Source: a virus (taxonomy: Duplodnaviria; Caudoviricetes). Taken from it: DNA of 64,000 nt. The number at the start of each line of letters is the position of its first letter. Within the stretch, counting starts at the first letter, position 1. A program made the translations under genes and the position numbers. The notes under the pieces were generated by a model. The model saw nothing but the letters and a program-made list of their open reading frames with translations. It had not been told where the DNA came from and ran no database searches. The DNA is taken from positions 1-64,000 of the IMG/VR virus record IMGVR_UViG_3300010347_000503; one strand, given 5' to 3'. Positions 29,236 to 36,862 of the stretch are shown one piece after another.

Positions 29236-29470
29236 TTGGGGAGTTACCATTTAAAGAGCCTATCTTCCCCCTTACAAGCGCAAAGTAAGGTTATTAAAAA
29301 GACTTGGAAAGTCGAAAAGGGAGATTAACCGCTACATTACAATTCCGGTGCGGTATATAAAATGCGGAAAGCACTGCCCGAGTACGGGGTGCGGTGAACT
29401 AATCTGCATAGGTTGTGACTGGTGTAATTTTTGCACGATGCAGAGATTTAAGGGTTTCAAGCGGAAAAGA
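29236..29470 (+). ncRNA. Structured ncRNA candidate directly after a strong promoter
   Basis: Helices GGGGAG/CTTCCCC, CTTAC/GTAAG, GACTT/AAGTC and AGATTA-ACCG/CGGT-TAATCT. Confidence 0.4.
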
Positions 29471-29481
29471 AACGGGCTTAT

Positions 29482-29554
29482 GGCGGATTCGTCTAGCGGC
29501 TTAGGATCCCTGATTCTCAGTCAGGGGACATTGGTTCGAATCCAATATCCGTCA
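29482..29554 (+). tRNA. tRNA-Glu(CTC)
   Basis: CCTGA-TTCTCAG-TCAGG. Confidence 0.85.
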
Positions 29555-29808
29555 TTTCCACAGAGCATAGAAACCAAAGTGGAGTATTGTAGCATCCCCC
29601 TTTATGGCTGAACAAATAACTCGCTTTCCATAAGAAAGAGAATCAGGACTGGGTGTAAAGCTGACTTGGTAGGCTATGGTGGATAAAAACTGGATACTGC
29701 GGAGAAAACCTGTTCTAACCAGTATAAAAAAGTAACAACAACCGCTTACTCAGAGCGTATAGATGGGGTGGAGGGTTTGCTAGTTTTCCTAGGTAAAAAC
29801 TAGTATAT

Positions 29809-29880
29809 GGCGGGTTCGACAAGTGGCTAAGTCGCGTCTCTTTCACGGACGAGTCAGGGGTTCGATCCCCCTACCCGCTA
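29809..29880 (+). tRNA. tRNA-Glu(TTC)
   Basis: CGTCT-CTTTCAC-GGACG. Confidence 0.85.
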
Positions 29881-29952
29881 CGCAGAATGTTAAGTTCTGT
29901 CGCTTACCTCTTTTCTCTGGCTGGGCGACCAGTTAAAAAACGCCTATATTAT

Positions 29953-30025
29953 CGCGGGTTGGAGTAATTGGAAACTCACTTGCCTCATACGCAAGAGATT
30001 GCAGGTCCGAGTCCTGTGCCCGCAA
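29953..30025 (+). tRNA. tRNA-Met(CAT), initiator-like (C1:A72 mismatch)
   Basis: CTTGC-CTCATAC-GCAAG. Confidence 0.8.
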
Positions 30026-30027
30026 TT

Positions 30028-30140
30028 AAAGACTCTAACAGCAATTTTGCTGGCTCCTAGCCAGGGTAGTCTAAAGGTTAAGACATTCAACATTAAATTG
30101 AAAAATAGTGGTTCGAATCCACCCCCTTAAATAAGTCTTG
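30028..30140 (+). ncRNA. YrlA/Y-RNA-like element: AAGAC/GTCTT stem, AACAGCAA motif and an embedded tRNA-like D/anticodon/T domain
   Basis: TAGTCTAAAGGTTAAGAC, TTCAA-CATTAAA-TTGAA and GTGG-TTCGAAT-CCAC enclosed by the terminal stem. Confidence 0.5.
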
Positions 30141-30208
30141 TAATAATAATTGACATTAATAAAAAATTATGATATAATATTTATATAATAAAATAAAAGG
30201 AGAGAAAA

Positions 30209-30337
30209 ATGATAAAGACAGAAAAGTTAGCATTAATTAAGGATAGATATAATAAGTTGGCGGGAACCCCGAAGAATGTAAAGGCGCCGGGTGTAGTGCG
30301 AAAATTGGCAAGACAAATTCGTAATATGGAAAAGTAA
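30209..30337 (+). CDS. 42-aa basic hypothetical protein
   Basis: Promoter and RBS AAGGAG; MIKTEKLALIKDRYNKL... Confidence 0.65.
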   Translation: MIKTEKLALIKDRYNKLAGTPKNVKAPGVVRKLARQIRNMEK

Positions 30338-30339
30338 AA

Positions 30340-30660
30340 ATATTAGGAAGCGTTTGTTGTGAAAGGCAACTTGGTACAATAGTCCAATAACTATTGATAG
30401 TGTGAGATAGAGCTTTGAGTCTTATGACTCCGCAGGCAGCGCAGGAATCACTCATGCATACCCTCTGTGGATAAAGGCTCTAATATATTTAAGCGGAAGA
30501 TAATTAATCTTTCGTATATTACTTAGCACTGAAGTTATGCGGTGTACGAGGGTGACGCAAACAGGTCTTATTCTTTGCTTCGTTATAAAAAACCTACTTT
30601 CTCCGAAATGAGAAAATAAAACTATTCTAATTCAAACAATAAGATAAGAGTTAGAGATTC
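30340..30660 (+). ncRNA. Structured ncRNA candidate with a possible pseudoknot
   Basis: Helix 30408-16/30473-82; ACCCTC (30460)/GAGGGT (30548) crossing it; several hairpins. Confidence 0.4.
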
Positions 30661-30662
30661 AC

Positions 30663-30747
30663 GGGCGTGTGCCGAAACTGGAGAGACGGAGCGGATTTAA
30701 AATCCGCTACATTAGAAACGCTGTGGGTTCGAATCCCACCACGCCTA
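30663..30747 (+). tRNA. tRNA-Leu(TAA)
   Basis: GCGGA-TTTAAAA-TCCGC; long variable arm. Confidence 0.85.
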
Positions 30748-30753
30748 CTTAAT

Positions 30754-30825
30754 GCAGTCATAGTTTAACGGTTAGAATTGGTGCTTGCCATGCACCGGAT
30801 ACGAGTTCAATTCTCGTTGGCTGCT
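30754..30825 (+). tRNA. tRNA-Gly(GCC)
   Basis: GGTGC-TTGCCAT-GCACC. Confidence 0.85.
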
Positions 30826-30850
30826 TAATCTTAATATTGGAATAAGATAT

Positions 30851-30924
30851 GCCCGACTACCCCAACTGGCAGAGGGATATGATTAAGGGTCATAGCAGTC
30901 TGGATTCGAATTCCAGGTCGGGCA
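30851..30924 (+). tRNA. tRNA with AAG (Leu) anticodon and short variable arm
   Basis: TATGA-TTAAGGG-TCATA; 5-nt variable loop. Confidence 0.7.
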
Positions 30925-31045
30925 TTTATAAAAAAATTTATAATCGAATAAAGTGACTGTCGTAATAGACCTGGTCCACCACCTGATACTTAAAGTCGGG
31001 GAACTCCAGAGGAAGTCCTCTGCAAGGCGGGTTGAGCCGCCAAAT

Positions 31046-31116
31046 AGGCCTCTGGTGTAACGGTAGCATACGCGGCTCCAACCCGCTTGGTCAGGGTTCG
31101 AATCCTTGGGGGCCTG
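31046..31116 (+). tRNA. tRNA-Trp(CCA)
   Basis: GCGG-CTCCAAC-CCGC. Confidence 0.8.
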
Positions 31117-31127
31117 GTTAATATAAT

Positions 31128-31218
31128 AGGGGTGTAGCATAATGGTTAATGCAGCTGTCTCTAAAACAGCCAGGTGCGTCCAAACCACCGGATGTGGGTT
31201 TAAATCCTACCACCCCTG
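31128..31218 (+). tRNA. Amber suppressor tRNA (CTA), long variable arm (Ser/Tyr-like)
   Basis: GCTGT-CTCTAAA-ACAGC gives anticodon CTA; discriminator G. Confidence 0.8.
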
Positions 31219-31220
31219 TA

Positions 31221-31334
31221 TCGAGAGGTAGTTTAATGGCAGAACGCTGTTTTTGAATTTAGAAATAAATTTTTACAGCAGTTTCTTTTTGCTTGGGGAG
31301 CCGGTAATGCAGGTTTGAATCCTGCCCTTTCGAT
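31221..31334 (+). tRNA. tRNA-Pro(GGG) interrupted by a 41-nt insert (31250-31290) in the anticodon stem
   Basis: Removing the insert yields CTGGC-TTGGGGA-GCCGG. Confidence 0.6.
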
Positions 31335-31489
31335 TAAGAGCTTTATAGGAAAAAGGGGTTGGTACCTCCTATATAAAAATTAACCTAAGTCTAATTATTA
31401 ATACCAACAGTAATTAGATAAGCGACGGACAGTTCGGGTTGATGTGTATATGGGTTCGATTCCCATCTTAAGTAACTGAGTCTTGTTTA

Positions 31490-31578
31490 TACGGGTTTAC
31501 TCTAATTGGTAAGAGACTGGTCTTGAAAACCAGCGTAGCTGTCAAAGGCGATCGGGGTTCGAGTCCCTGAGCCCGTGG
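31490..31578 (+). tRNA. tRNA-Ser(TGA)
   Basis: CTGGT-CTTGAAA-ACCAG; long variable arm. Confidence 0.85.
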
Positions 31579-31862
31579 TTAAAGAGAGGGAGGAGTTTCA
31601 GAAGCGCTGCTATCTGGGGCTTTTTTCTTTTATGTGCTGAAAATATTTATTTTCAGCACTTTTTTATTTAGAATAAAGTTACAATAATCTGCTCGGGCGG
31701 CAAACGTGCGTCACGTGGGAAACAATTAGGTGTTTTGACTTTTTTCAAGGCAATTTTTATTATTGGACAATTTTAGAAATAAGGTCTCCCGCGATTTTTA
31801 TATTTTAATAAAGAATATACTCTTTTATAACAGAGTCAATTTATTAAAAGGAGGAAACAATA

Positions 31863-32042
31863 ATGTTTAAAATAATATCTAACCTTGAAGCTGGAGTTGT
31901 TGAGATTATGGCAGATGAAAGATCAGATATAGATAATTTACCAGATACTTCAGAAGTAAGTATGGGAAGTAATTGTCTTGTAATTGAAGATGGTTCTGTA
32001 TGGATTCTCAATAGCGAGGATGAATGGGTTGAAATTGAATAA
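31863..32042 (+). CDS. 59-aa acidic protein (possibly virion-associated)
   Basis: RBS AAGGAGG; MFKIISNLEAG...GSNCLVIEDGSVWILNSEDEW. Confidence 0.6.
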   Translation: MFKIISNLEAGVVEIMADERSDIDNLPDTSEVSMGSNCLVIEDGSVWILNSEDEWVEIE

Positions 32043-32074
32043 ATAAATCTGTATAGAAAGGAGATTTATTTATT

Positions 32075-32866
32075 ATGAAAATAGAAGGAAATATAAAACA
32101 ATTATTTTATATAGATATAATAGATACAAATAGATGGATTCAAAAAGGTTTTGATAAAGACGGAATAAAATTTGAAGATAGAGAAATTAAGGATATTCAA
32201 GGAACTCTTTGCACAATGAAATACGCAATAATAAGATTCAATAAAAATGCACAAGGACAATCTCAAGCTAGCGGAAAAGGAGGGGTTGTAAAAATAGGTT
32301 ACTCTTGTAGACCTTCTATTACTAGATTTCCTATATTTTTAACTTATCCTAATGATGCAAATGAATATTGTATTTATATAGGAAAAACTGGATTATTTGA
32401 ATCTCAAACTGATACTTGGATGGATGTAAATAACGAAGATCCAAAAGCAAGAGAAGAGCAAGTAAGTGTTGTAGAAGTAACTTCTATAGCGATTCCATGG
32501 GCCTATCCTAATGGAATTACTACTTTTAATGAATTTGAATCAATTATTGACTATGTTGAATCAACTGATAAAGAAGGCACTTATAATATAAAAAATCAAC
32601 CAGATCCATATAATCATTCTATAAAGCCTATTGTAACTAATAGAGATTTTTCTTGTAGACAACATATTATAGCTTATGTTGATTCAGAAGATCGTTTTAT
32701 TTTTAAAGTAAAAGCAAAAAAACCATCATTAAAATGTAATAACTGTCAAGAAGGAGTTCATGCAACGGTAAATGCTGATAATGAAACTGCTTATTTTTAT
32801 AGTATATGTAAACAGCATATATATTTTTCAGGTGCAAGAGAAACTTTTTCTGTAAATTTTATTTGA
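32075..32866 (+). CDS. Hypothetical protein
   Basis: RBS AAGGAG; 263-aa ORF. Confidence 0.7.
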   Translation: MKIEGNIKQLFYIDIIDTNRWIQKGFDKDGIKFEDREIKDIQGTLCTMKYAIIRFNKNAQGQSQASGKGGVVKIGYSCRPSITRFPIFLTYPNDANEYCIYIGKTGLFESQTDTWMDVNNEDPKAREEQVSVVEVTSIAIPWAYPNGITTFNEFESIIDYVESTDKEGTYNIKNQPDPYNHSIKPIVTNRDFSCRQHIIAYVDSEDRFIFKVKAKKPSLKCNNCQEGVHATVNADNETAYFYSICKQHIYFSGARETFSVNFI

Positions 32867-32922
32867 TTTTTTAAAAAATTTTTGATATAATATATATATC
32901 AAATGAAAAAAGAGGAAAAAAT

Positions 32923-33228
32923 ATGATAGTAGCTATTCACGTATATATGGAAACATTTCATGGATTTCATGAACTAGATGATTATACTATTAAAAAAGTA
33001 AATGATGTTTTTGAAGCAGATGACCTAGCGAATAATATATGCGAAATTATTATTAAAAAATGTATTGATGATGAATATGATATTAATGATTGTGATATTG
33101 ATTATGAAATTTATGAATTAGAGTTAGATAAACTACCTATTGGAAAAGAACTTTGTGATTTAGCTCAAAATTTTTCTCTTGATAAAGGTAATTTTTTAAA
33201 AATGTATAATGCAAAAAGGTTGTTTTAA
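32923..33228 (+). CDS. Hypothetical acidic protein (paralog of 28876-29178)
   Basis: MIVAIHVYME... Confidence 0.7.
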   Translation: MIVAIHVYMETFHGFHELDDYTIKKVNDVFEADDLANNICEIIIKKCIDDEYDINDCDIDYEIYELELDKLPIGKELCDLAQNFSLDKGNFLKMYNAKRLF

Positions 33229-33285
33229 AAAATTATTTGATATTTTTAAAAATTTATGATATAATAAATATGTAATAAAAAAGAA

Positions 33286-33347
33286 AAGGCACCTACAGCA
33301 AATTTATTTTATACTTCTACTTTTAATAGTAAATTTTGTGCCTTGAC
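33286..33347 (+). ncRNA. ACAGCAA-stem element (Y-RNA-like family)
   Basis: AAGGCAC/GTGCCTT stem with CTACAGCAA directly inside. Confidence 0.4.
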
Positions 33348-33350
33348 AAT

Positions 33351-34091
33351 CGGGGTGTAAGTCAGTTGGTAGACTGCGTGATTTGGTAAAAAAACTTTAA
33401 TATAACTCCAAATAAACCATGGATGAAACACTTATTCGTGGCGATGTAAATGAACTCCAATGTATTTTAGACTTCCAAAAAAGAGGGTATTATTGCAGTA
33501 TTCCTTTCAGCGGTTCTTGTAGATACGATGTAGTTGTAGATATAAATAATAAATTATATCGTATTCAATGTAAATCATCTACTTTTCATGAAGAAGATGG
33601 AACATTAAGAATGTATGCTATTAGAACTACAACAAATACTCAAAAAACAATAAGGTATTCCTATTCAAAAGAAGAAGTAGATTTCTTTTATACAAGTTGG
33701 AATAATTATGGCTTTTTAATTCCTGTGAATGAAGTTTCAACGACTAAATATTTAAGAGTAAAAAAGCCAAAAAATGGAATACAAGAGGGGATGTCTATTG
33801 CTGCTGATTATCTTATTGACAATGTTTTAGAAGCTATTGTTAATAATAAATCAATCAGTAAATATCAAGATAATAGATTTATTTCATGGAAAGAAAATGA
33901 ACTTGAAAAAGTTTGGTCTGTTGATGAATTAAAATCTGTTTATCAAGATAGACAAATAAGATATATAAAGGAGTGCATCGCAAACAACAAAATGGCTTAT
34001 CAATATAATTGGAAGTATAAGGAGTTCCCTGAGTTATAAGAGTATTTTTTACTGGATCACGATGCCGTGGGTTCGAGTCCCGCCACCCCGA
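33351..34091 (+). tRNA. tRNA-Pro(TGG) split by a 668-nt insert (33387-34054) at the anticodon
   Basis: 5' half CGGGGTG...CGTGATTTGG and 3' half GATCACG...GTTCGAGTCC...CACCCCGA join into a canonical tRNA-Pro. Confidence 0.85.
33419..34039 (+). CDS. PD-(D/E)XK homing endonuclease-like protein (I-Ssp6803I/PDDEXK_5-like) inside the tRNA-Pro insert
   Basis: GDVNE...RYDVVVD.....RIQCKS pattern. Confidence 0.75.
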   Translation: MDETLIRGDVNELQCILDFQKRGYYCSIPFSGSCRYDVVVDINNKLYRIQCKSSTFHEEDGTLRMYAIRTTTNTQKTIRYSYSKEEVDFFYTSWNNYGFLIPVNEVSTTKYLRVKKPKNGIQEGMSIAADYLIDNVLEAIVNNKSISKYQDNRFISWKENELEKVWSVDELKSVYQDRQIRYIKECIANNKMAYQYNWKYKEFPEL

Positions 34092-34283
34092 TTAACCTTT
34101 TTGCTATTCAGCACCTTAAAATAAGGTATAGGTTAAAATATAATTTTTTAAGCGAAAATTATATTTCAAGGAAATTGTGAATATTGGTGGAAAAAATATC
34201 TATAAATGATATTTAAAAGAAAGCTCTATGGCTTAGATAGAGATCAATGAAATCACCAATACAAACTTTCTTTTAAATATTAT

Positions 34284-34356
34284 AGCTCATTAGCAGAATG
34301 GAATATGCGGGCGCCTCAAAAGTGTCAATTTCTGGGTTCGAATCCCAGATGGGCTA
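34284..34356 (+). tRNA. tRNA with CAA (Leu) anticodon and short variable arm
   Basis: GGCGC-CTCAAAA-GTGTC; canonical T arm. Confidence 0.65.
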
Positions 34357-34463
34357 GTGGTACTTAATAGTACCTGTAATGTACCTCTCCTTTCATCGTA
34401 AGTTGTGGTTATCAACGTGCTATAAGCGGGAACTGCTAGAGATCTTGAATCTGGTTCCCGTAT

Positions 34464-34534
34464 AGGGGATTAGCTTAATGGTAGAGCAGCGGGTTTTGAT
34501 CCCGCGTGTGTGGGTTCGACTCCCGCATCCCTTA
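34464..34534 (+). tRNA. tRNA-Gln(TTG)
   Basis: GCGGG-TTTTGAT-CCCGC. Confidence 0.85.
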
Positions 34535-34684
34535 TTTACAGGGGTTAGTAATCTCTGTATAGTGAAAAAAATATCCATTAGAAAGTCGCCTGGATAAGGC
34601 GCGCGCATCTTTTAAAGAGTGGATCCGGATTCTTTGCCCATATAGGGACACTAATGGCGTTTGCGGTCGACGATAAACCGCTTT

Positions 34685-34757
34685 ATCCCTGTAAGCTAAT
34701 GGAATAGACTACTAGGTTACGACCCTAGATGTGTGGGTTCGAATCCCGCTGGGGATG
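34685..34757 (+). tRNA. tRNA-Arg(ACG)
   Basis: CTAGG-TTACGAC-CCTAG. Confidence 0.8.
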
Positions 34758-34760
34758 TAA

Positions 34761-34832
34761 GCAGGCGTAGTCTAATGGAAAGAACAGGGCACTTCTAATG
34801 CTCTAATGGGGGTTCGATTCCCTCCGCCTGTA
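34761..34832 (+). tRNA. tRNA-Arg(TCT)
   Basis: GGGCA-CTTCTAA-TGCTC. Confidence 0.85.
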
Positions 34833-34865
34833 GTTAGTCCTACTTTGCAAAAAGGAGGTATTAAA

Positions 34866-35159
34866 ATGTCTCGTTCATACAAAAAGAGTCCAGTTTATAC
34901 AGATGGTAACGCGGGTACAACAAAAGAAATGAAGCGTTTAGCTAATAAAGTAGTTAGAAATACAGATTTTGATAAATTACCAATGAAAGGGAAAGGATAT
35001 AAAAAATGTTTTCAATCTTGGAATATTCACGATTGGAGAGATAGATATACTAAACAAGAATGGGCAAATTATTATAATAAACAAATTAATCATTGGTGGT
35101 TTACAGATACATATGAAGAACATATGAAACAATGGGATAAAATGTATCGGAGAAAATAA
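34866..35159 (+). CDS. Basic hypothetical protein (MSRSYKK...)
   Basis: RBS AAGGAGG. Confidence 0.75.
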   Translation: MSRSYKKSPVYTDGNAGTTKEMKRLANKVVRNTDFDKLPMKGKGYKKCFQSWNIHDWRDRYTKQEWANYYNKQINHWWFTDTYEEHMKQWDKMYRRK

Positions 35160-35161
35160 AA

Positions 35162-35397
35162 ATGAAAACTGAAATAAAAATCAATGTTAATGATTTAGAA
35201 ACTTTTATAGCAGCATTAAATAATGCTATTATTGCTTATAATGATATTAGAGAGCGCCTTTCTTTTTTGGTATTGAGGAAGAAAATTTAAACTCTAAATG
35301 GTATGAAAATACTGGTCTTAATTATGAAATATTAACTGAAAGAATTGAAGAATTAAAATATGTATATGACCAATTATTAGAATTGGAAAATAAATAA
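35162..35397 (+). pseudogene. Small ORF with an apparent 1-nt frameshift at a T6 run (about 35263-35268)
   Basis: One extra T gives a continuous ...RERLSFFGIEEENLNSKWY...ELENK*. Confidence 0.4.
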
Positions 35398-35751
35398 GGG
35401 GTCGAAACAGTTTCGACGGGGTCTTGAAAATTATTAGTTCGCACGAAATGATATGCGCGTTATGCAATCAAACTTAAAATAAACGCAAAAGTTATTTCTT
35501 TTAATTCTTATAGACCGGTAGCTATGGCTGCCTAATATAATGAATACCTCAAGTAATTCTATCGCTTCTGGTCAATGCTTGAGTGTTTAAGTAAAAGAAG
35601 CAAGTCGGTTCTTTGTAAACGCAGTTAGGAACAAAGTGGTGGGTCTAGGCAAAAACCTGTTAAAGTGAGAGAACACTTAGAAAACGCTATTGCGTAAAAA
35701 ACTAATAATTAGTATGGATTTCGGACGCGGGGGCAGAGCCCGCCGGCTCCA
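35398..35751 (+). ncRNA. ssrA: tmRNA; tag reading frame 35485-35535 AKVISFNSYRPVAMAA*
   Basis: GGGGTCG...TTCGAC 5' end, G3.U70 acceptor with CGGCTCCA, ATAAAC-GCA resume context, and a tag ending in AA. Confidence 0.9.
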
Positions 35752-35755
35752 CTTT

Positions 35756-35826
35756 AAGACGCTAACAGCAAAAATTTTAATATTTTTCCTACCAAATTTT
35801 TAGGATTCATTATAAAGCGTCTTGAC
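35756..35826 (+). ncRNA. ACAGCAA-stem element (Y-RNA-like family)
   Basis: AAGACGCT/AGCGTCTT 8-bp stem with AACAGCAA inside. Confidence 0.45.
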
Positions 35827-35891
35827 ATTTTAAAAAAATTATGATATAATATATATATCAAAACAAACAAAGAAAGGTAAATAAAAATCAA

Positions 35892-36197
35892 ATGGCAAAA
35901 AATTGGACATTGATTTACACAAATGCAGACACGACAACAGAAACAAGAGCAGAGAAAGTGCGGAAGGCGCGTAAGATTGATAATACAATCAGAAATATGA
36001 AATCACCGACCGCAGATCAATTAAAAAGAGAATCAGAGTTTACCTATGAAGTTAAAACTCTTGAGGAAGAGAAATTGCTTCGAGCTTTCGATGAAAAAAA
36101 GGTAAAATCAAAGGCGGCAATCAAGCAGGCATTGCGAATTAAAAGAGAACGAGCTGCCGCAGAAAAGAAAAAGGAAGCAGAAGCAGTAGAATCTTAA
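35892..36197 (+). CDS. Basic helical hypothetical protein
   Basis: Has a promoter; from the ORF track. Confidence 0.7.
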   Translation: MAKNWTLIYTNADTTTETRAEKVRKARKIDNTIRNMKSPTADQLKRESEFTYEVKTLEEEKLLRAFDEKKVKSKAAIKQALRIKRERAAAEKKKEAEAVES

Positions 36198-36265
36198 TAG
36201 ATAAATGCCAAGAGCAAATGATGGCATTAAAGTTATGGGCGGTTGACTGACCTAAAGTTATAGAT

Positions 36266-36338
36266 GCTCCTGTAGTTCAAACGGATAGAACCCCGGCTTT
36301 GTAACCCGGTAATCTCGGATCATACCCGAGTGGGAGCT
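36266..36338 (+). tRNA. tRNA-Thr(TGT)
   Basis: CCGGC-TTTGTAA-CCCGG; atypical T loop. Confidence 0.7.
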
Positions 36339-36424
36339 TTAAAAATTTTTCCAAATTTTGGGCGCAAGTTCATATAAGTATTAGATTTAATAAACATAAA
36401 AGTGCTTCTATGAATAAAAATGAT

Positions 36425-36541
36425 CCAAATTAAATTGGTAAAGATTATGGAGTAACCGATAATACAATAAGAAAATGGTGTGTTGCAGAAAATTTACCAA
36501 AAAGAAAAAAAGATATAAATGAAATATCTGATGAAAATTAG
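36425..36541 (+). pseudogene. Remnant of a homing-endonuclease C-terminal HTH
   Basis: GKDYGVTDNTIRKWC..NLPKRKKDI fragment with no intact start or N-terminus. Confidence 0.45.
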
Positions 36542-36557
36542 ATTAATATTTAAAAAC

Positions 36558-36628
36558 GCACTCGTAGTTTAAAGGAAAAATACTAGGCTTCCAACCTGGA
36601 GTTGTGGTGTCAGGATCCATCGGGTGCT
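36558..36628 (+). tRNA. tRNA-Gly(TCC), degenerate T arm
   Basis: CTAGG-CTTCCAA-CCTGG. Confidence 0.65.
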
Positions 36629-36629
36629 T

Positions 36630-36740
36630 TAGGGCGAACAGCAAATCTTCTTCTAAATTAATAGAAGAACAAGAATAATTATGATGATACAAATTATTCA
36701 AGGATTGTAAAAGATGTAATCTTTTTCCTGCCCTTAGACA
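36630..36740 (+). ncRNA. ACAGCAA-stem element enclosing three hairpins (cloverleaf-like)
   Basis: AGGGC/GCCCT stem, GAACAGCAA, and hairpins TTCT..AGAA, GAATAATT/AATTATTC, AAGGATT/AATCTTT. Confidence 0.45.
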
Positions 36741-36862
36741 ATTAAAGGAAGAAGAGAAGCCATGATGAGAGTGTAAAACTCACTCCATTTTACAATCATA
36801 TACTTATTAGATCCGCCCCCACATATTATACTATACGATAACTTTGTGGGGGCATTTTTTTT

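Noticed and set aside
31693-31745. Riboswitch (also the similar GGGCGG segment at 61042-61100)
   Set aside because: I could not match a known aptamer consensus or a convincing expression platform.
33387-34054. Group I intron or archaeal bulge-helix-bulge intron in tRNA-Pro
   Set aside because: There is no space or motifs for a ribozyme core, and the junction folds as a continuous duplex without 3-nt bulges.
33384-34055. Transposon with a TGG target-site duplication
   Set aside because: The reconstructed empty site would give a 6-nt anticodon loop, and the ORF is not a transposase.
36758-36786. Hammerhead ribozyme (ATGATGAG...)
   Set aside because: It lacks CUGAUGA and the GAAA core in the right geometry.
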